Assembly (NCBI GenBank): GCA_963788655.1 | Contig: CAWBHS010000079.1 | Location: 1 to 64,000, forward strand | DNA: 64,000 nt | Direction of reading: 5' to 3' | Source of the DNA: an uncultured Verrucomicrobiae bacterium | Lineage (GTDB): Bacteria > Verrucomicrobiota > Verrucomicrobiia > Limisphaerales > JAFGQR01 | Part shown: positions 1 to 10,237 of the stretch, piece by piece | Numbering within the stretch: position 1 is the first letter of the stretch | How the letters are laid out: each line of letters starts with the position of its first letter | Made by a program: the position numbers and the translations under genes | The notes under the pieces: generated by a model | The model's input: only the letters and a program-made list of their open reading frames with translations | Database searches by the model: none | Told to the model about the DNA's origin: nothing

Positions 1-1
1 G

Positions 2-502
2 GGCCATCGCGGCGAGCCCTGGCGGGCGTTCATCGAAAAAGTCCTCGGTTGCATTCCGGTTCTGGCGGAAGCCCGTCGCCGTTTGGCGCTCTCGCGGCTG
101 GCGGCGGCGCTCGAGGCCCTGATCAGCGCGGGAGTTTCCATCATTGAAGCCTGGGAACTGGCGGCCACGGCCAGTGGTTCGCCCGCTTTGATCCGCCTGG
201 TTCGCCAGGCCAAACCCAGTTTGTATAGCGGCCTGACTCCGGCGGAAATGGTGAATCGCAGTCCCCAGTTTCCGTCCGACTTTGCCAGCCTCTATCAAAC
301 CGGCGAAACGAGCGGTACGTTGGAAGAATCACTGGCGCGACTGCGTGAGTATTGTCAGGACGTGGGCTTTCGGAAGCTGAAGATGTTTCTGGTGGCGGCC
401 GCCGCCATGCTGGTGGGCTTGATCATGCTCTGGGCGGCTTGGCAGGTCATTTCCTTTTGGCTTCAATATTTTCAAAAGATCCAGGAAGTGATTCCCCAAT
501 GA
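2..502 (+). CDS. Type II secretion system F / PilC family protein, C-terminal part (5' truncated by window edge)
   Basis: Open frame from base 2; 'LEALISAGVSIIEAW', 'FPSDFASLYQTGETSGTLEESL' followed by a TM helix match the T2SSF repeat. Confidence 0.85.
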   Translation, partial: GHRGEPWRAFIEKVLGCIPVLAEARRRLALSRLAAALEALISAGVSIIEAWELAATASGSPALIRLVRQAKPSLYSGLTPAEMVNRSPQFPSDFASLYQTGETSGTLEESLARLREYCQDVGFRKLKMFLVAAAAMLVGLIMLWAAWQVISFWLQYFQKIQEVIPQ

Positions 503-592
503 AGAAAGTCGGAACCTTACACTTGTCTGTTTCCCATGGTTGCTTATTCTCCCCCGCAAGCAGCGCAGACTCGAACACAACAAACACACGCT

Positions 593-2144
593 ATGCGAAC
601 ACTCGTCATCGGCATTGACAGCGGCACCCAATCCACCAAGGCCCTCGTCGTGGACGCGCGCAACGGCAACGTCGTCGGTTCCGGCGCCGTCAGCTATGAC
701 CTGATTCCCAACCTGCCGCCCGGCGCCAAGGAACAGCATCCGCACACGTGGCGCGACGGCGACGGCCAAGGCCATCAGCCGGCCCTGCAAGCAGGCCAAG
801 GCCACGGCGGGCGAAGTCAAGGCCATCGGCGTCAGCGGCCAGCAACACGGCTTCGTGCCGCTGGACCACAACGGGCGAAGTCATCCGCCCGGCCAAGCTC
901 TGGTGCGACACGTCGACCGCCGCGGAGTGCGAGGAAATCACCGAGAAACTGGGCGGCCTGAAGAACGACCATCCGCGCACTGGGCAACGCCGTGCTGCCC
1001 GGCTTCACCGCGTCCAAGATTCTCTGGCTGAAGAAGCACGAGCCGAAGAATTATCAACGCCTGGCACGGTGCTGTTGCCGCACGACTACCTGAATTTCTG
1101 GCTCACCGGCGAGAAGGTGATGGAATACGGCGATGCCAGCGGCACGGCGCTGCTGGACGTGCGCAAGCGCCAATGGTCGGCAGCCGCGCTCGAGGCGATC
1201 GATGCCGATCTCGCCGGAAAGCTGCCGCCGCTTGATTCCCAGCGACCAGCCCGCGGGGTCGCTGCAGCCGTCCACGGCCGAAGCAGCTGGGTCTGAACCC
1301 CGGCGTGCTCGTCAGCGCCGGCGGCGGCGACAACATGATGGGCGCCATCGGCACCGGCAACACGCGCGCCGGGCGTCATCACCGCCAGCTTCGGCACCAG
1401 CGGCACCATTTACGCCTGCGCGGAAAAGCCGGTGGTGGATCCCGCAGGGCGAGATCGCCGCGTTTTGCGATTCCACCAATCGCTGGCTGCCGCTGCTCTG
1501 CACGATGAACGTCACCGTCGCCACCGAGATGGTGCGCGAGGATTTCGGCTGGTCGCACGAGCAAGTTCGCCGCCGAAGCGGCCGCGCAAAGCTCCGGCGG
1601 GCTCGCGAGGGCCTGCTGCTGCTGCCGTACCTCGAAGGCGAGCGCACGCCCAACGTGCCGGACGGCACCGGCGTATTGTTCGGCGTGAACCACGCAGACG
1701 TTCGAGGCCGGCCATTTCGCCCGCGCGGCGATGGAAGGGGTGACGCTGGGCATGAACTACGGCTTGCGCCGGCTGGCGGAGCTGGGCGTGAAGCCGAAGC
1801 AGATCCGCGCCACCGGCGGCGGGGCGAACTCGAAGGTCTGGCGCCAGATCATGGCCGACATGTTCAATGCCGAAGTCGTCACGCTGAAGGTCGGCGAAGG
1901 CGCGGCTTACGGCGCGGCCTTGCAGGCGCTGTGGTGCTGGCGGCTGCAGCAGGGCGAGAAGGTATCCATCACCGACCTTACCGACACGTTTGTGAAGCTC
2001 AACCGTGCTGAAACCGCGCGTCCCATCAAAAAGAACGTCCAAGTCTATCGCGAACTGCAAGCGTTGCAGGACGGCACTTCCGCGGCCTTGCGCAAGGTGT
2101 TTACTCAACACCGGGTTTTGGTGACCAAGCGGCTGGCAAGGTAA
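593..2144 (+). pseudogene. xylB: Xylulokinase (FGGY kinase), split by multiple frameshifts (pseudogene or sequencing error)
   Basis: 'IGIDSGTQSTK', 'AKLWCDT', 'LPHDYLNFWLTG..EYGDASGT', 'GGGDNMMGAIG', 'PYLEGERTP', 'ATGGGANSKVWRQ' are spread over at least 5 reading-frame segments. Confidence 0.85.
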
Positions 2145-2223
2145 CCGCCCACGATAGTTTGCTGCCTTGATTCGACTGAATTTGGGCAGCGACGCGCAGC
2201 AACGCGCAGCGGGTTGAATCGCG

Positions 2224-2252
2224 TTGACAGGTGAACCAACCAAACCGAATCT
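2224..2252 (+). promoter_or_regulatory. Putative sigma70 promoter
   Basis: TTGACA-N17-GAATCT ending 6 nt before the GTG at 2259. Confidence 0.45.
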
Positions 2253-2258
2253 GGCGAC

Positions 2259-3260
2259 GTGAACACCTCATTCTCCTTTGATTCCACCACCCGAGCTACT
2301 GCCACTGAGCGATCCTTGATTGGCCGGTGTCGCTGTTTATGGATCGCTCTCTGCGGCGCGCTGTTGGCGATGGCCCCAGGGGTGCATGGTGCCGAGCCGG
2401 ATGGCTGGACAAACGTGGCGGACAAAAATGAACTTCCGAGTGGTCGCGGTTTCGCCGCTGCCTTTCCCGGAGACGCAGGATTGATGACGAACGCGGCGGT
2501 GATTTTTGCGGACGATTTCGAATCCGGAAAGCTCGGGGAGCAATGGGACGAAGTGCGCAATCAAAATGGCAAGGTGCTGAGCTTCGCCACCTCCGATCCT
2601 GGCCACGGTTTGGGCCAACGCTGTCTGCGCGTCGAAGCCCACCTGGGCCAGGACACCGGCGGCGGCCTGACCAAGTGGTTCGCGCCGGCGGACCCGGTCT
2701 TCATCCGCTTCTACACCCGCTTTGACGCGGCGTGCGATTACGTGCATCACTTCGTCACGCTGCGGGCCAACAAGGGCCTGCGGGGCGGCGACAAATGGAG
2801 TGGCTTTGGCGGCGCGGGGCTAAAGCCCGAAGGCAGCGAACGATTCTCCACCGCCATCGAGCCGTGGGGCAATTGGGGCCGGTGGACCCCACCCGGCCGC
2901 TGGAACTTCTACAGTTACTGGCACGAGATGAAACCGTCCCCGGACGGCAAGTACTGGGGCAACTCGTTCGGCGTTCCGACGGCCCCAATCATCCCCCGAG
3001 ACCGCTGGATTTGCGTCGAGTTCATGCTCAAGCACAACACGCCGAATCTGCCCGATGGCGAACAGGCCTTCTGGATTGACGGCAAATTGTTGGGCTATTG
3101 GAAAGGCATCAACTGGCGAACAACCGAACAGCTCAAGGCGAACGCGTTGACGCTGGAAAGTTACATCACCGACCGTTGGACGAAGCATCCGGTAAACGTT
3201 GTGTTCTTCGACAACGTGGTCATTGCGCGCCGTTACATCGGGCCGGTGGGGAAGGAGTGA
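2259..3260 (+). CDS. Secreted hypothetical protein, polysaccharide-lyase-like / ConA-like jelly roll
   Basis: Signal-peptide-like segment; 'IFADDFESG', 'RWICVEFMLK', 'DGEQAFWIDG', 'FFDNVVIARRYIGP'. Confidence 0.6.
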   Translation: MNTSFSFDSTTRATATERSLIGRCRCLWIALCGALLAMAPGVHGAEPDGWTNVADKNELPSGRGFAAAFPGDAGLMTNAAVIFADDFESGKLGEQWDEVRNQNGKVLSFATSDPGHGLGQRCLRVEAHLGQDTGGGLTKWFAPADPVFIRFYTRFDAACDYVHHFVTLRANKGLRGGDKWSGFGGAGLKPEGSERFSTAIEPWGNWGRWTPPGRWNFYSYWHEMKPSPDGKYWGNSFGVPTAPIIPRDRWICVEFMLKHNTPNLPDGEQAFWIDGKLLGYWKGINWRTTEQLKANALTLESYITDRWTKHPVNVVFFDNVVIARRYIGPVGKE

Positions 3261-3493
3261 GTTTCAGGTTGCAATCCTCATCCGACTTGGTGAACTGGCG
3301 CGAACCGGCAGTGTTGGTTTACCTTCCGCTTAATTATGTGGCCCCAGCATCGCCAGGACGCCCGACGCGGTTGTATCGCTTCTTCCAAGGAACGCGCCTG
3401 GAGATGAACGACTGGACGAATCAGCTCGAGTTTCCCAGTGATCCATTTTTCAACGCGCCCTTCTTTGACTTACGCCGGATCCAACCAAGCTAG
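3257..3493 (+). pseudogene. Gene fragment containing a Verrucomicrobia-type 'LQSSSDLVNW...RLYRF' motif
   Basis: Motif normally found inside or at the end of large secreted proteins; no proper N-terminus here. Confidence 0.4.
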
Positions 3494-3983
3494 GGCGCAA
3501 GCTCAGGTGGAATGGAAATGTCCGAAGACCAAAGACCGAGATCAGAACGAAATGTGAAATCCGGCATCTGCTGTCGGGTATCTGGCATCCCGTATCCAGC
3601 ATCCCCACCCCCTCCTGCTTCGCCATCGGCCAACCGGCTTCAATCATGCCGCGATAGCCGCCAATCAACGAATACACATTGCGATACCCCATGCGTTGCG
3701 CGGCATCGGCGGTCAGCGCCGAGCGATAGCCGCCGCCACAATACATGATGAGCTCCGTGTTTGGATCGGGGTAGCGCCGCTTGAGGTCGCGCTCCAGAAT
3801 CCCCTTGCCCAAATGGGCGGCTTCGATGGCGTGGCCTTGCGCCGATTCGGCGTCTTCCCGCACATCAAGCAGCACGGTCTGCGGCTGGTCTTTGAGGCGG
3901 CCACGGGCTTACTCGACGATGATCTCCTTGACGTTCTTCCGCGCTTCGTCCACGCACTTTAGGAATCCGGGCGAAGGTTGCAT
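3450..3983 (-). pseudogene. Rhodanese-like sulfurtransferase with in-frame premature TAA
   Basis: ATG at 3983 gives MQPSPGFLKCVDEARKNVKEIIVE*, with TAA at 3911-3909, then in frame 'LLDVRE...GHA..HLGKGILERD...MYCGGGYRSAL'; the 3' end reads through into repeat DNA. Confidence 0.8.
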
Positions 3984-4192
3984 TCGCCGTTACTTTAGAA
4001 CCGCGTCGTCCGCGGTCAATCCCATAAAGAATTGAGGATCGAAATCCGAATCCGGATACCCGAAAGCAGTGCCGTATTGACCACCGCCTAACAAAACTCG
4101 GGGAGGGCGAGCACCGCACCCACCTGAGTTCCGTCGATCGCAGTATCATAACGCGAGAATTGAAAATCGTAGAGCCCCGTGGCCGGACCCAA

Positions 4193-4366
4193 TTACGCCG
4201 CCAGCCGGTCTTGGTAGCTGAACGCAGTCCCGGCACGACCAGAAACCGCTGCGAATGCAAGCATGAGAACAAACATCATCAACACCCGGAGTCGGGCATG
4301 GCACGTTGAGACAGAGCTTGGAACGAGGGCGAGTCGTAATTTGGTTAAAGCAATACAAAGAGAATT
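4193..4366 (-). pseudogene. N-terminal stub of a secreted protein (signal peptide plus 'GTAFSYQDRL')
   Basis: Resembles the 'GTAFTYQGRL' start of Verrucomicrobia/Planctomycete secreted proteins; stops immediately after it. Confidence 0.4.
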
Positions 4367-4500
4367 CATACCTATTATTGGTTCTGCAACCACATACCGG
4401 AGGCATCGGCACTTCCGCGAAGTTGTCAGTCAACCGTGGCAGGCATTGGTGGCTGCCGGTACATCCGTTCCTGCCGGTGGGACGCCGGCAGCACGCTGCC

Positions 4501-5493
4501 TCACGGCTTCAACACGATCTTCCCGGCTAGCGTGCCCGCTTGGCGAAGGGTGTTGTCTTCCTGCAATTGATGCGCGGCGGCCGCCTCGGACATTGGCAGC
4601 ACGCGGTCGATGCACGGTTTCAATTTCCCTTCGGCCAACCAGCGATTGAGCTCGTCAGCGCTGGCGCGCTGTTCATCGGGTGTGGCGTTGAACATCGCGA
4701 AGCCGTGAAGCGAGCAGTCCTTCACATAGAACGGACCAACGGGCAGCACGGGACGCGCGTCCCGTCCGGCCATCAGAATGAACCGGCCGCGTTTGGCCAG
4801 CAACGGCACGGCGCGGTCGAAGTCCGGTTCGCGCAGCGTTTCCCACCAGACATTCACGCCGTCGGGCGCAAACGCTTTCACCGCGCCCACGATGTCCTGC
4901 GTTTTGTAATTGAGCGCCAGTTCGGCCCCCAGTTGGCGGCAAAGCGTCACCTTCTCATCGGTGCCAGCGGTGGTGATGACCCGCGCTCCCAGAGCCGCGG
5001 CGATTTGCACTACACTTGAACCAACGCCACCGGTGCCGCCGTTAACAAAAAGAATCTCCCCGGCCTGGAGCCGAGCTCGTTGCACCAAGCCCAGGTGCGC
5101 GGTGATGCCCACCAACGCGATGGCGGCGGCGTCTTCATCGGCAACATTGGGCGGCGTCGGGTACAACCAGCATTCGTCCACTGCGGCCAATTCGGCAAAG
5201 GTCCCCTGCCGACCGAGTAAGCCCTGGTTGCTGCCCCAGACGCGGTCGCCAACGTGGAAGCGCCGAGCCTCCGGTCCCACAGCTTCGACGACACCCGCCA
5301 GGTCGCAACCGACGATGAAGGGCAAGGGAAGCGGCATCGATATGGCGCCGCTCCGGATGTAAGTGTCCACCGGATTGACCGACACGGCCTTCACGCGCAC
5401 GAGCACTTGCGCGGCAGTCGGGGGTGGAGTGGGAAGTTCGCCCCAGGTGATGTTTTCCGGCGGACCAGGTTGTTGGATGAACGCTGCTTTCAT
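4501..5493 (-). CDS. qor: NADPH:quinone reductase (zeta-crystallin/MDR family)
   Basis: 'VSVNPVDTYIRSG', 'GCDLAGVV', 'VNGGTGGVG', 'GKIVL'. Confidence 0.9.
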   Translation of the reverse strand: MKAAFIQQPGPPENITWGELPTPPPTAAQVLVRVKAVSVNPVDTYIRSGAISMPLPLPFIVGCDLAGVVEAVGPEARRFHVGDRVWGSNQGLLGRQGTFAELAAVDECWLYPTPPNVADEDAAAIALVGITAHLGLVQRARLQAGEILFVNGGTGGVGSSVVQIAAALGARVITTAGTDEKVTLCRQLGAELALNYKTQDIVGAVKAFAPDGVNVWWETLREPDFDRAVPLLAKRGRFILMAGRDARPVLPVGPFYVKDCSLHGFAMFNATPDEQRASADELNRWLAEGKLKPCIDRVLPMSEAAAAHQLQEDNTLRQAGTLAGKIVLKP

Positions 5494-5755
5494 GGGGCGA
5501 AATTACGCGCAGCCTCACTGCGAGCGCAATCATGGAGTTGGCGGAGAGGGAACCGCCCGACGCGTAATGTTACGGCGCGTTGGAAACTCGAAGGTGGCCG
5601 TTGCTAGAGATTCGAATGGCTCTCAGACACTGCCAGATTTCAGCGCCTACGCGCCGCTAAATGACCGCAGTTCAGCCTTCCCTCTCCCCTCGATGCGGCG
5701 AGGGCCGGAATGAGGGTTGAGCACTTCGCCCGCTCGCCCGAATTCAAGCAGCCGC

Positions 5756-6772
5756 TTACTGGTTCGCGGCAGTTCTTTTCGTAGCCCGCTTCGCCTTCGC
5801 AGCGGTCGCGCGCCTGGCTTTGGCCGCAACCACAGTTTTCTTCTGGGCGCGTGGCTTTTGCGTTTTGGCTTTGGTCCAGCGCGCGCGGACCGTCGCTGCC
5901 ATCCGATTTTTGGCGGCGACACTTAATTTGCGTGTCGTGTTCTTTCGTGGCTTCGATTTCGTCTTGGCCTTGGGCGCTGAATCGGCAACCGGAGTTGTGG
6001 CTCCCCCGGACGCTGGGACTGCGGCGTCAATTTGAGCCGAAGCGGCGGGCGGTGCCAATTCGATGCCGAACACGTCTTCCAGCTCCGTTTCGCTCAAGGC
6101 TGCCGCGCCGTCGGGCGACGTGGATTGGCGCATGGCTTCCGTGGCGGAGGCCCGGCTGATCAGGTCGGCGGGATCCACGCCCCGCAGCAGAAAGAGCAGT
6201 TCGGGTTGTTGGTCGAACCGCGCGCCGACGCCGTAAAGCGAGGCCGCCACGTGCTTGCACAAGTCGGCCCAGTCGGGACATGAACAGTCCAAGTCGATTT
6301 CGCGCGGGGTGGGAAACAGGCCGCGTTCGCGTCGCGTCACAATTTCCATGACCGCAGAGGAAAGCCGGCCTTGGAGCAGTTCGATCAGGGAATCGATCTT
6401 GCCGGCGCACTCAGTTTGAATGGACTGCCAGAGTTTTGCGGCGAGCGGCTTGATCTTGATGCCAATGGTGTAGAGTTCGGACCCGGCAACTCGTGCCGTC
6501 ACTTTGCCGCGTTCGATTTGGAGATCGACGACCGAGCCGTTGCGAACGTAGGTGCGACCGCGAGGCAGGCGGTTGGCGAAATCGCTGTAGGCCTCGAGGT
6601 TGTCGCACCAGGCGCGGCCCCAGAACGTGCTGGCAATCGTGCGCGCTTCCAGTCGCACCGGCGACGCCGATACGCCGGATTTTTTGGTCAGTTTCCCCAA
6701 CGCACGGGCGGCGTTGGCTCGCCGTTGCGCCACCGGCACGTACGGCCGCCATCCGAAGGAATTCCAGCTCAT
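5756..6772 (-). CDS. SWIM zinc-finger protein with basic C-terminal tail
   Basis: 'RLPRGRTYVRNG' and 'CSCPDWADLCKHVAA' (CxC-xn-CxH); K/A/R-rich tail. Confidence 0.9.
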   Translation of the reverse strand: MSWNSFGWRPYVPVAQRRANAARALGKLTKKSGVSASPVRLEARTIASTFWGRAWCDNLEAYSDFANRLPRGRTYVRNGSVVDLQIERGKVTARVAGSELYTIGIKIKPLAAKLWQSIQTECAGKIDSLIELLQGRLSSAVMEIVTRRERGLFPTPREIDLDCSCPDWADLCKHVAASLYGVGARFDQQPELLFLLRGVDPADLISRASATEAMRQSTSPDGAAALSETELEDVFGIELAPPAASAQIDAAVPASGGATTPVADSAPKAKTKSKPRKNTTRKLSVAAKNRMAATVRARWTKAKTQKPRAQKKTVVAAKARRATAAKAKRATKRTAANQ

Positions 6773-6816
6773 ATCAAAATAGACACCAAATACACGGTTA
6801 CTCTGACTTCGAATTC

Positions 6817-6934
6817 AGACACCAATTACACGAATTTGCACGAATTAAACCGAACCGATTTGGCTTTTATTTGCGGTAGATCGGGTCACGTCTTCATTCA
6901 ATTCCATTCGTGATCATTCGTGCAATTGGTGTCT
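6817..6934. repeat. Imperfect inverted-repeat miniature element between the SNF2 and SWIM genes
   Basis: AGACACCAATTACACGAATTTGCACGAAT (from 6817) pairs with ATTCGTGATCATTCGTGCAATTGGTGTCT (6906-6934); a partial left-arm copy starts at 6781. Confidence 0.75.
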
Positions 6935-9661
6935 TCAGTCGGCTGTGGTCGCGTTGATATCCAGCGCCACGAAATGCAGCAAATCGGAATTGTTCATTTC
7001 GGTCAGCAAGCGCTCGGCGCCTTCGCCCAGAATGTCTTCCGCCAAGGCGGTTTTGTCCGTAATCAATTGGTGAATCCGTTCCTCGAGGGTGCCGCGGCAG
7101 GTGAATTTATGAACCATCACATTGCGCCGCTGGCCAATGCGAAAGGCGCGGTCGGTCGCTTGATTCTCGACCGCCGGGTTCCACCACCGGTCGAAGTGAA
7201 TCACGTGCGAGGCCGCCGTCAGGTTCAGGCCGGTGCCGCCGGCTTTAAGCGACAACACAAAGAAGGGCGGGCCGCCGTCGCGCTGGAAATCGTCCACCAG
7301 TTGCTTGCGCTTGCGGACAGGTGTGCCGCCGTGGAGGACCAGGCCGGGCCGCCCAAACACCGTCGTCAGGTAATCCACCAAGGGATTGGTGATTTCGCGA
7401 TACTGGGTGAAGACCAGCGCCTTTTCCTGGCGGGCGGCGATTTCCTCGCACAGTTCGCCCAACCGTTGAAACTTGCCGCTGTCAGCCGGCGCGTAGCTCC
7501 CGTCACTGAGCCATTGCGAGGGGTGATTGCAGATTTGCTTGAAACGCGTCAGGAAAGCCAGGATCAGCCCGCGGCGTTGGATGCCCTCGAGCTCGGGCGA
7601 CTCGAGCCGTTCGGCCAGTTCGGTAACTGCCTGCTGATACAGCGCGGCCTGCCGCCGGCTCAACGCACAAAACGCGCTCATTTCCGTCTTCTCCGGCAGA
7701 TCGGCAATAACACGTTTGTCGGTCTTGAGCCGCCGCAGAATGTAGGGGCGCACCAGCCGGCGCAGTGGGGCGAACTGATTCGGCTCGCCCGGGGAACGGC
7801 TCTTGAGAAACGTGGCAAAATCCTTGGCGCCGCCGAGCAAGCCGGGACAGAGAAAGTCAAAGAGCGACCACAAATCCGAGAGTCGGTTTTCAATGGGCGT
7901 CCCGCTGAGGGCAATGCGATGCCGGCAACGCAGTTCCTTGACCGCCCGGCTCTGGCGCGCGCCGGCGTTCTTGATGGCTTGAGCTTCGTCGAGAATGACC
8001 GTGTGCCATGGCGTTTCCTTCAGCCAGCCCAGCCGGGTGGCCATCGAGTAGCTCGTAATCACCAGGTCGCGGCGCGCCAACTGGCCGGCCGGCGCTTTGG
8101 CCACGGCGGCGAGGTCTGCAGCGGACGTTTCCGACGGATGCGCATAGAACACCGACAACGACGGCGAGAATTTCTGGAGTTCGGACTTCCAATTGGCAAT
8201 CAACGACGCCGGAACAACCAACAAACTGGCCGCTGGAAGATTTGAAATCTTCCCCTCGCGGCGTTTGAGAACCAGCAGCAAGGAAATCACTTGAATGGTT
8301 TTGCCCAGGCCCATGTCGTCGGCAAGACAGGCACCCAGGCCGAGGCGGTTCATGAACCAGAGCCAATGCGCTCCCTGTTTTTGATAGGGTCGCAACTGCG
8401 CGTGCAATTCCGGCGAAGGATCGGACTCGGCGGACGTTCCCGGCTGCTGCATTTCGTCGAGCAACTGCTTGAAAGCGCTGCCCGCCACAATGCTCGACCA
8501 CGCGGTGCGCGCCGATTCGGTTTCCGGTTCATCCGCACGGAGGCCGCCAAAGCCCGAGAGTAGTCGCATCCCTTCGAGGAACGTCACGCCGTCAGGACCC
8601 GCGGCCGACTGGACCTTTTGCCAGTGGTTGAGGACTTCCTGAAGTTTGTCGCGATCGACTTCCACCCACTTGCCCTTGAGCAACACCAAGCCGCCGGCGG
8701 ATTGCAGGATGGCATTCATCTCCGCTTCCGTTAGCGATTCGCCATCGAGCGACAGGGAAACCTTGAAATCGAGCAGGCTGTCGGCACCAAAATTCTTACC
8801 GCCCTTCTCGCCAATGCGCACATTGATTTGGGGGCGCGGTGGCCGGCCCGCCTGCCACCAGTCCGGAATGCGCACCACCACGCCGCTTTGCTCGAAGAGC
8901 GGAATGTCCTTCAGGAACGCGAAGGCTTGTTCGGGCCGCCACACCTGCGGATGAAACACGGCGCGTTTGTCCAACAATTCGCGCGCCAGTTTGCTCTGGG
9001 CGCCCGCCCGTTGTACGGGCGACAGCAACGCGGCGAGCGCGGCGCGGTTCTTGGCGCCGGCGTATTCCTCGAGCGCCCGGCCCAGCGGCAGATGTTGCAC
9101 CTTGCCCTGGTCGGAAATGCGGTGCGTGTAGGTTGCCAGGAAGGCAAACGGATAGGCCGGGTTCCGTTTGTTCTCCGCCAGGTGAAACGTGACGCGGCCC
9201 ACGGCATTCCATGTCTGATTGCAGGCCCGCAAATACGCCGCCGCGCCGCCCGGTGTCCGGGCGATTTCTGCACGCACGTGGGCATCGAGTTCGTCCCACA
9301 ACCGCGCGAGGGCGGCGCCGTTCAAATACTCCAGTCCTTTCATTGGCGGCGCGGTGTCCGCCAAAACGTTCCATTCCTCCAGAGCGGGACGAGGAACGTT
9401 CAACTCCGCCGGTTGATCGAGATTGGGATTGTGGCAAAGCGCGGTGAAATAGCGGCGAGATAAACCACGCCAAAAGGCAAGGGTCGGCGGCAACGGCTCA
9501 TGCAAAAAAGCGGACGCCAGCAATTCGAGCCCGCGCGCGCCCGACGCCGCGAAAGCCTCGGTGAGCTGCGTTCCGGCGGTCGAGCTGAGTTTCGGCTCGG
9601 CCTGCTCGTCCGGTTCGACAAACAAATGTCCGCCGGGAGATAATGCCACCGCATACGACAT
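6935..9661 (-). CDS. SNF2-family helicase/ATPase
   Basis: 'GACLADDMGLGKT', 'DEAQ', 'SGTPIEN', 'SLKAGGTGLNLT', 'WWNPAVENQATDRAFRIGQ'. Confidence 0.95.
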   Translation of the reverse strand: MSYAVALSPGGHLFVEPDEQAEPKLSSTAGTQLTEAFAASGARGLELLASAFLHEPLPPTLAFWRGLSRRYFTALCHNPNLDQPAELNVPRPALEEWNVLADTAPPMKGLEYLNGAALARLWDELDAHVRAEIARTPGGAAAYLRACNQTWNAVGRVTFHLAENKRNPAYPFAFLATYTHRISDQGKVQHLPLGRALEEYAGAKNRAALAALLSPVQRAGAQSKLARELLDKRAVFHPQVWRPEQAFAFLKDIPLFEQSGVVVRIPDWWQAGRPPRPQINVRIGEKGGKNFGADSLLDFKVSLSLDGESLTEAEMNAILQSAGGLVLLKGKWVEVDRDKLQEVLNHWQKVQSAAGPDGVTFLEGMRLLSGFGGLRADEPETESARTAWSSIVAGSAFKQLLDEMQQPGTSAESDPSPELHAQLRPYQKQGAHWLWFMNRLGLGACLADDMGLGKTIQVISLLLVLKRREGKISNLPAASLLVVPASLIANWKSELQKFSPSLSVFYAHPSETSAADLAAVAKAPAGQLARRDLVITSYSMATRLGWLKETPWHTVILDEAQAIKNAGARQSRAVKELRCRHRIALSGTPIENRLSDLWSLFDFLCPGLLGGAKDFATFLKSRSPGEPNQFAPLRRLVRPYILRRLKTDKRVIADLPEKTEMSAFCALSRRQAALYQQAVTELAERLESPELEGIQRRGLILAFLTRFKQICNHPSQWLSDGSYAPADSGKFQRLGELCEEIAARQEKALVFTQYREITNPLVDYLTTVFGRPGLVLHGGTPVRKRKQLVDDFQRDGGPPFFVLSLKAGGTGLNLTAASHVIHFDRWWNPAVENQATDRAFRIGQRRNVMVHKFTCRGTLEERIHQLITDKTALAEDILGEGAERLLTEMNNSDLLHFVALDINATTAD

Positions 9662-9791
9662 GGCGGAAGAACCTACACGGCAGTCCCGCTCATTGCCGAG
9701 CAGGAAACACGCGTGCGCCCGAAATCCAGCCGCATCGATTCATCAAGAAACCAGCGATGAATCCAACGCAGCAGTCCCGCAACCACTCCCA

Positions 9792-9963
9792 GGTAGGGCG
9801 AGACTCCGTCGAACCCTGACTTCCCCGAAGCGCAACCGCAAACCATAGCGCGAACCAGGGCAAATCCATGATATTCGAAAGCCTGAAGCCTTTCCGTCGT
9901 ATCGACATCTGAAGGGCGACAGCGATGCGAGGAATTCTGGGCTCGACAGAGTCTCGCCCGACC
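9792..9963. repeat. REPIN-like inverted pair (GTAGGGCGAGACTCCGTCGA family)
   Basis: GGTAGGGCGAGACTCCGTCGAACCC ... GGGCTCGACAGAGTCTCGCCCGACC; the left arm recurs at 51084-51105. Confidence 0.8.
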
Positions 9964-10237
9964 CGACTGGCAAGGTGGGCTGAGAATTTGCCCAGGCCGC
10001 GCAGGTTCGTTACCCCTTCATTTCAACGCTTCAACAGTTTGTTTGCGGCATCAGCGCGTTGATTCCATTCGTGGACGAATCGAATCGTCACAACCGGCTC
10101 GACGACTTGCTTCACAACTGGTTTGTGAAAGTCTGGGATTTGGACCTTGGGGATTCTCTGGTTCTTGGATATTGGCCACTGGTCATTTTCTCAACGTGCC
10201 GTTCCAAACTGCCGGCAGGATGCGACAGCACGTTGCA

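Noticed and set aside
3909..3911. Stop-codon recoding in the rhodanese (TAA) or the GH fragment (TAG 12955)
   Set aside because: TAA and TAG terminate normal genes throughout the window; point mutation or error is simpler
6920..8245. Long alternative ORFs such as 6920-8245, 32277-33836, 18386-19477, 61791-62837 and 63000-63971
   Set aside because: Antisense shadows of well-supported genes in GC-rich DNA
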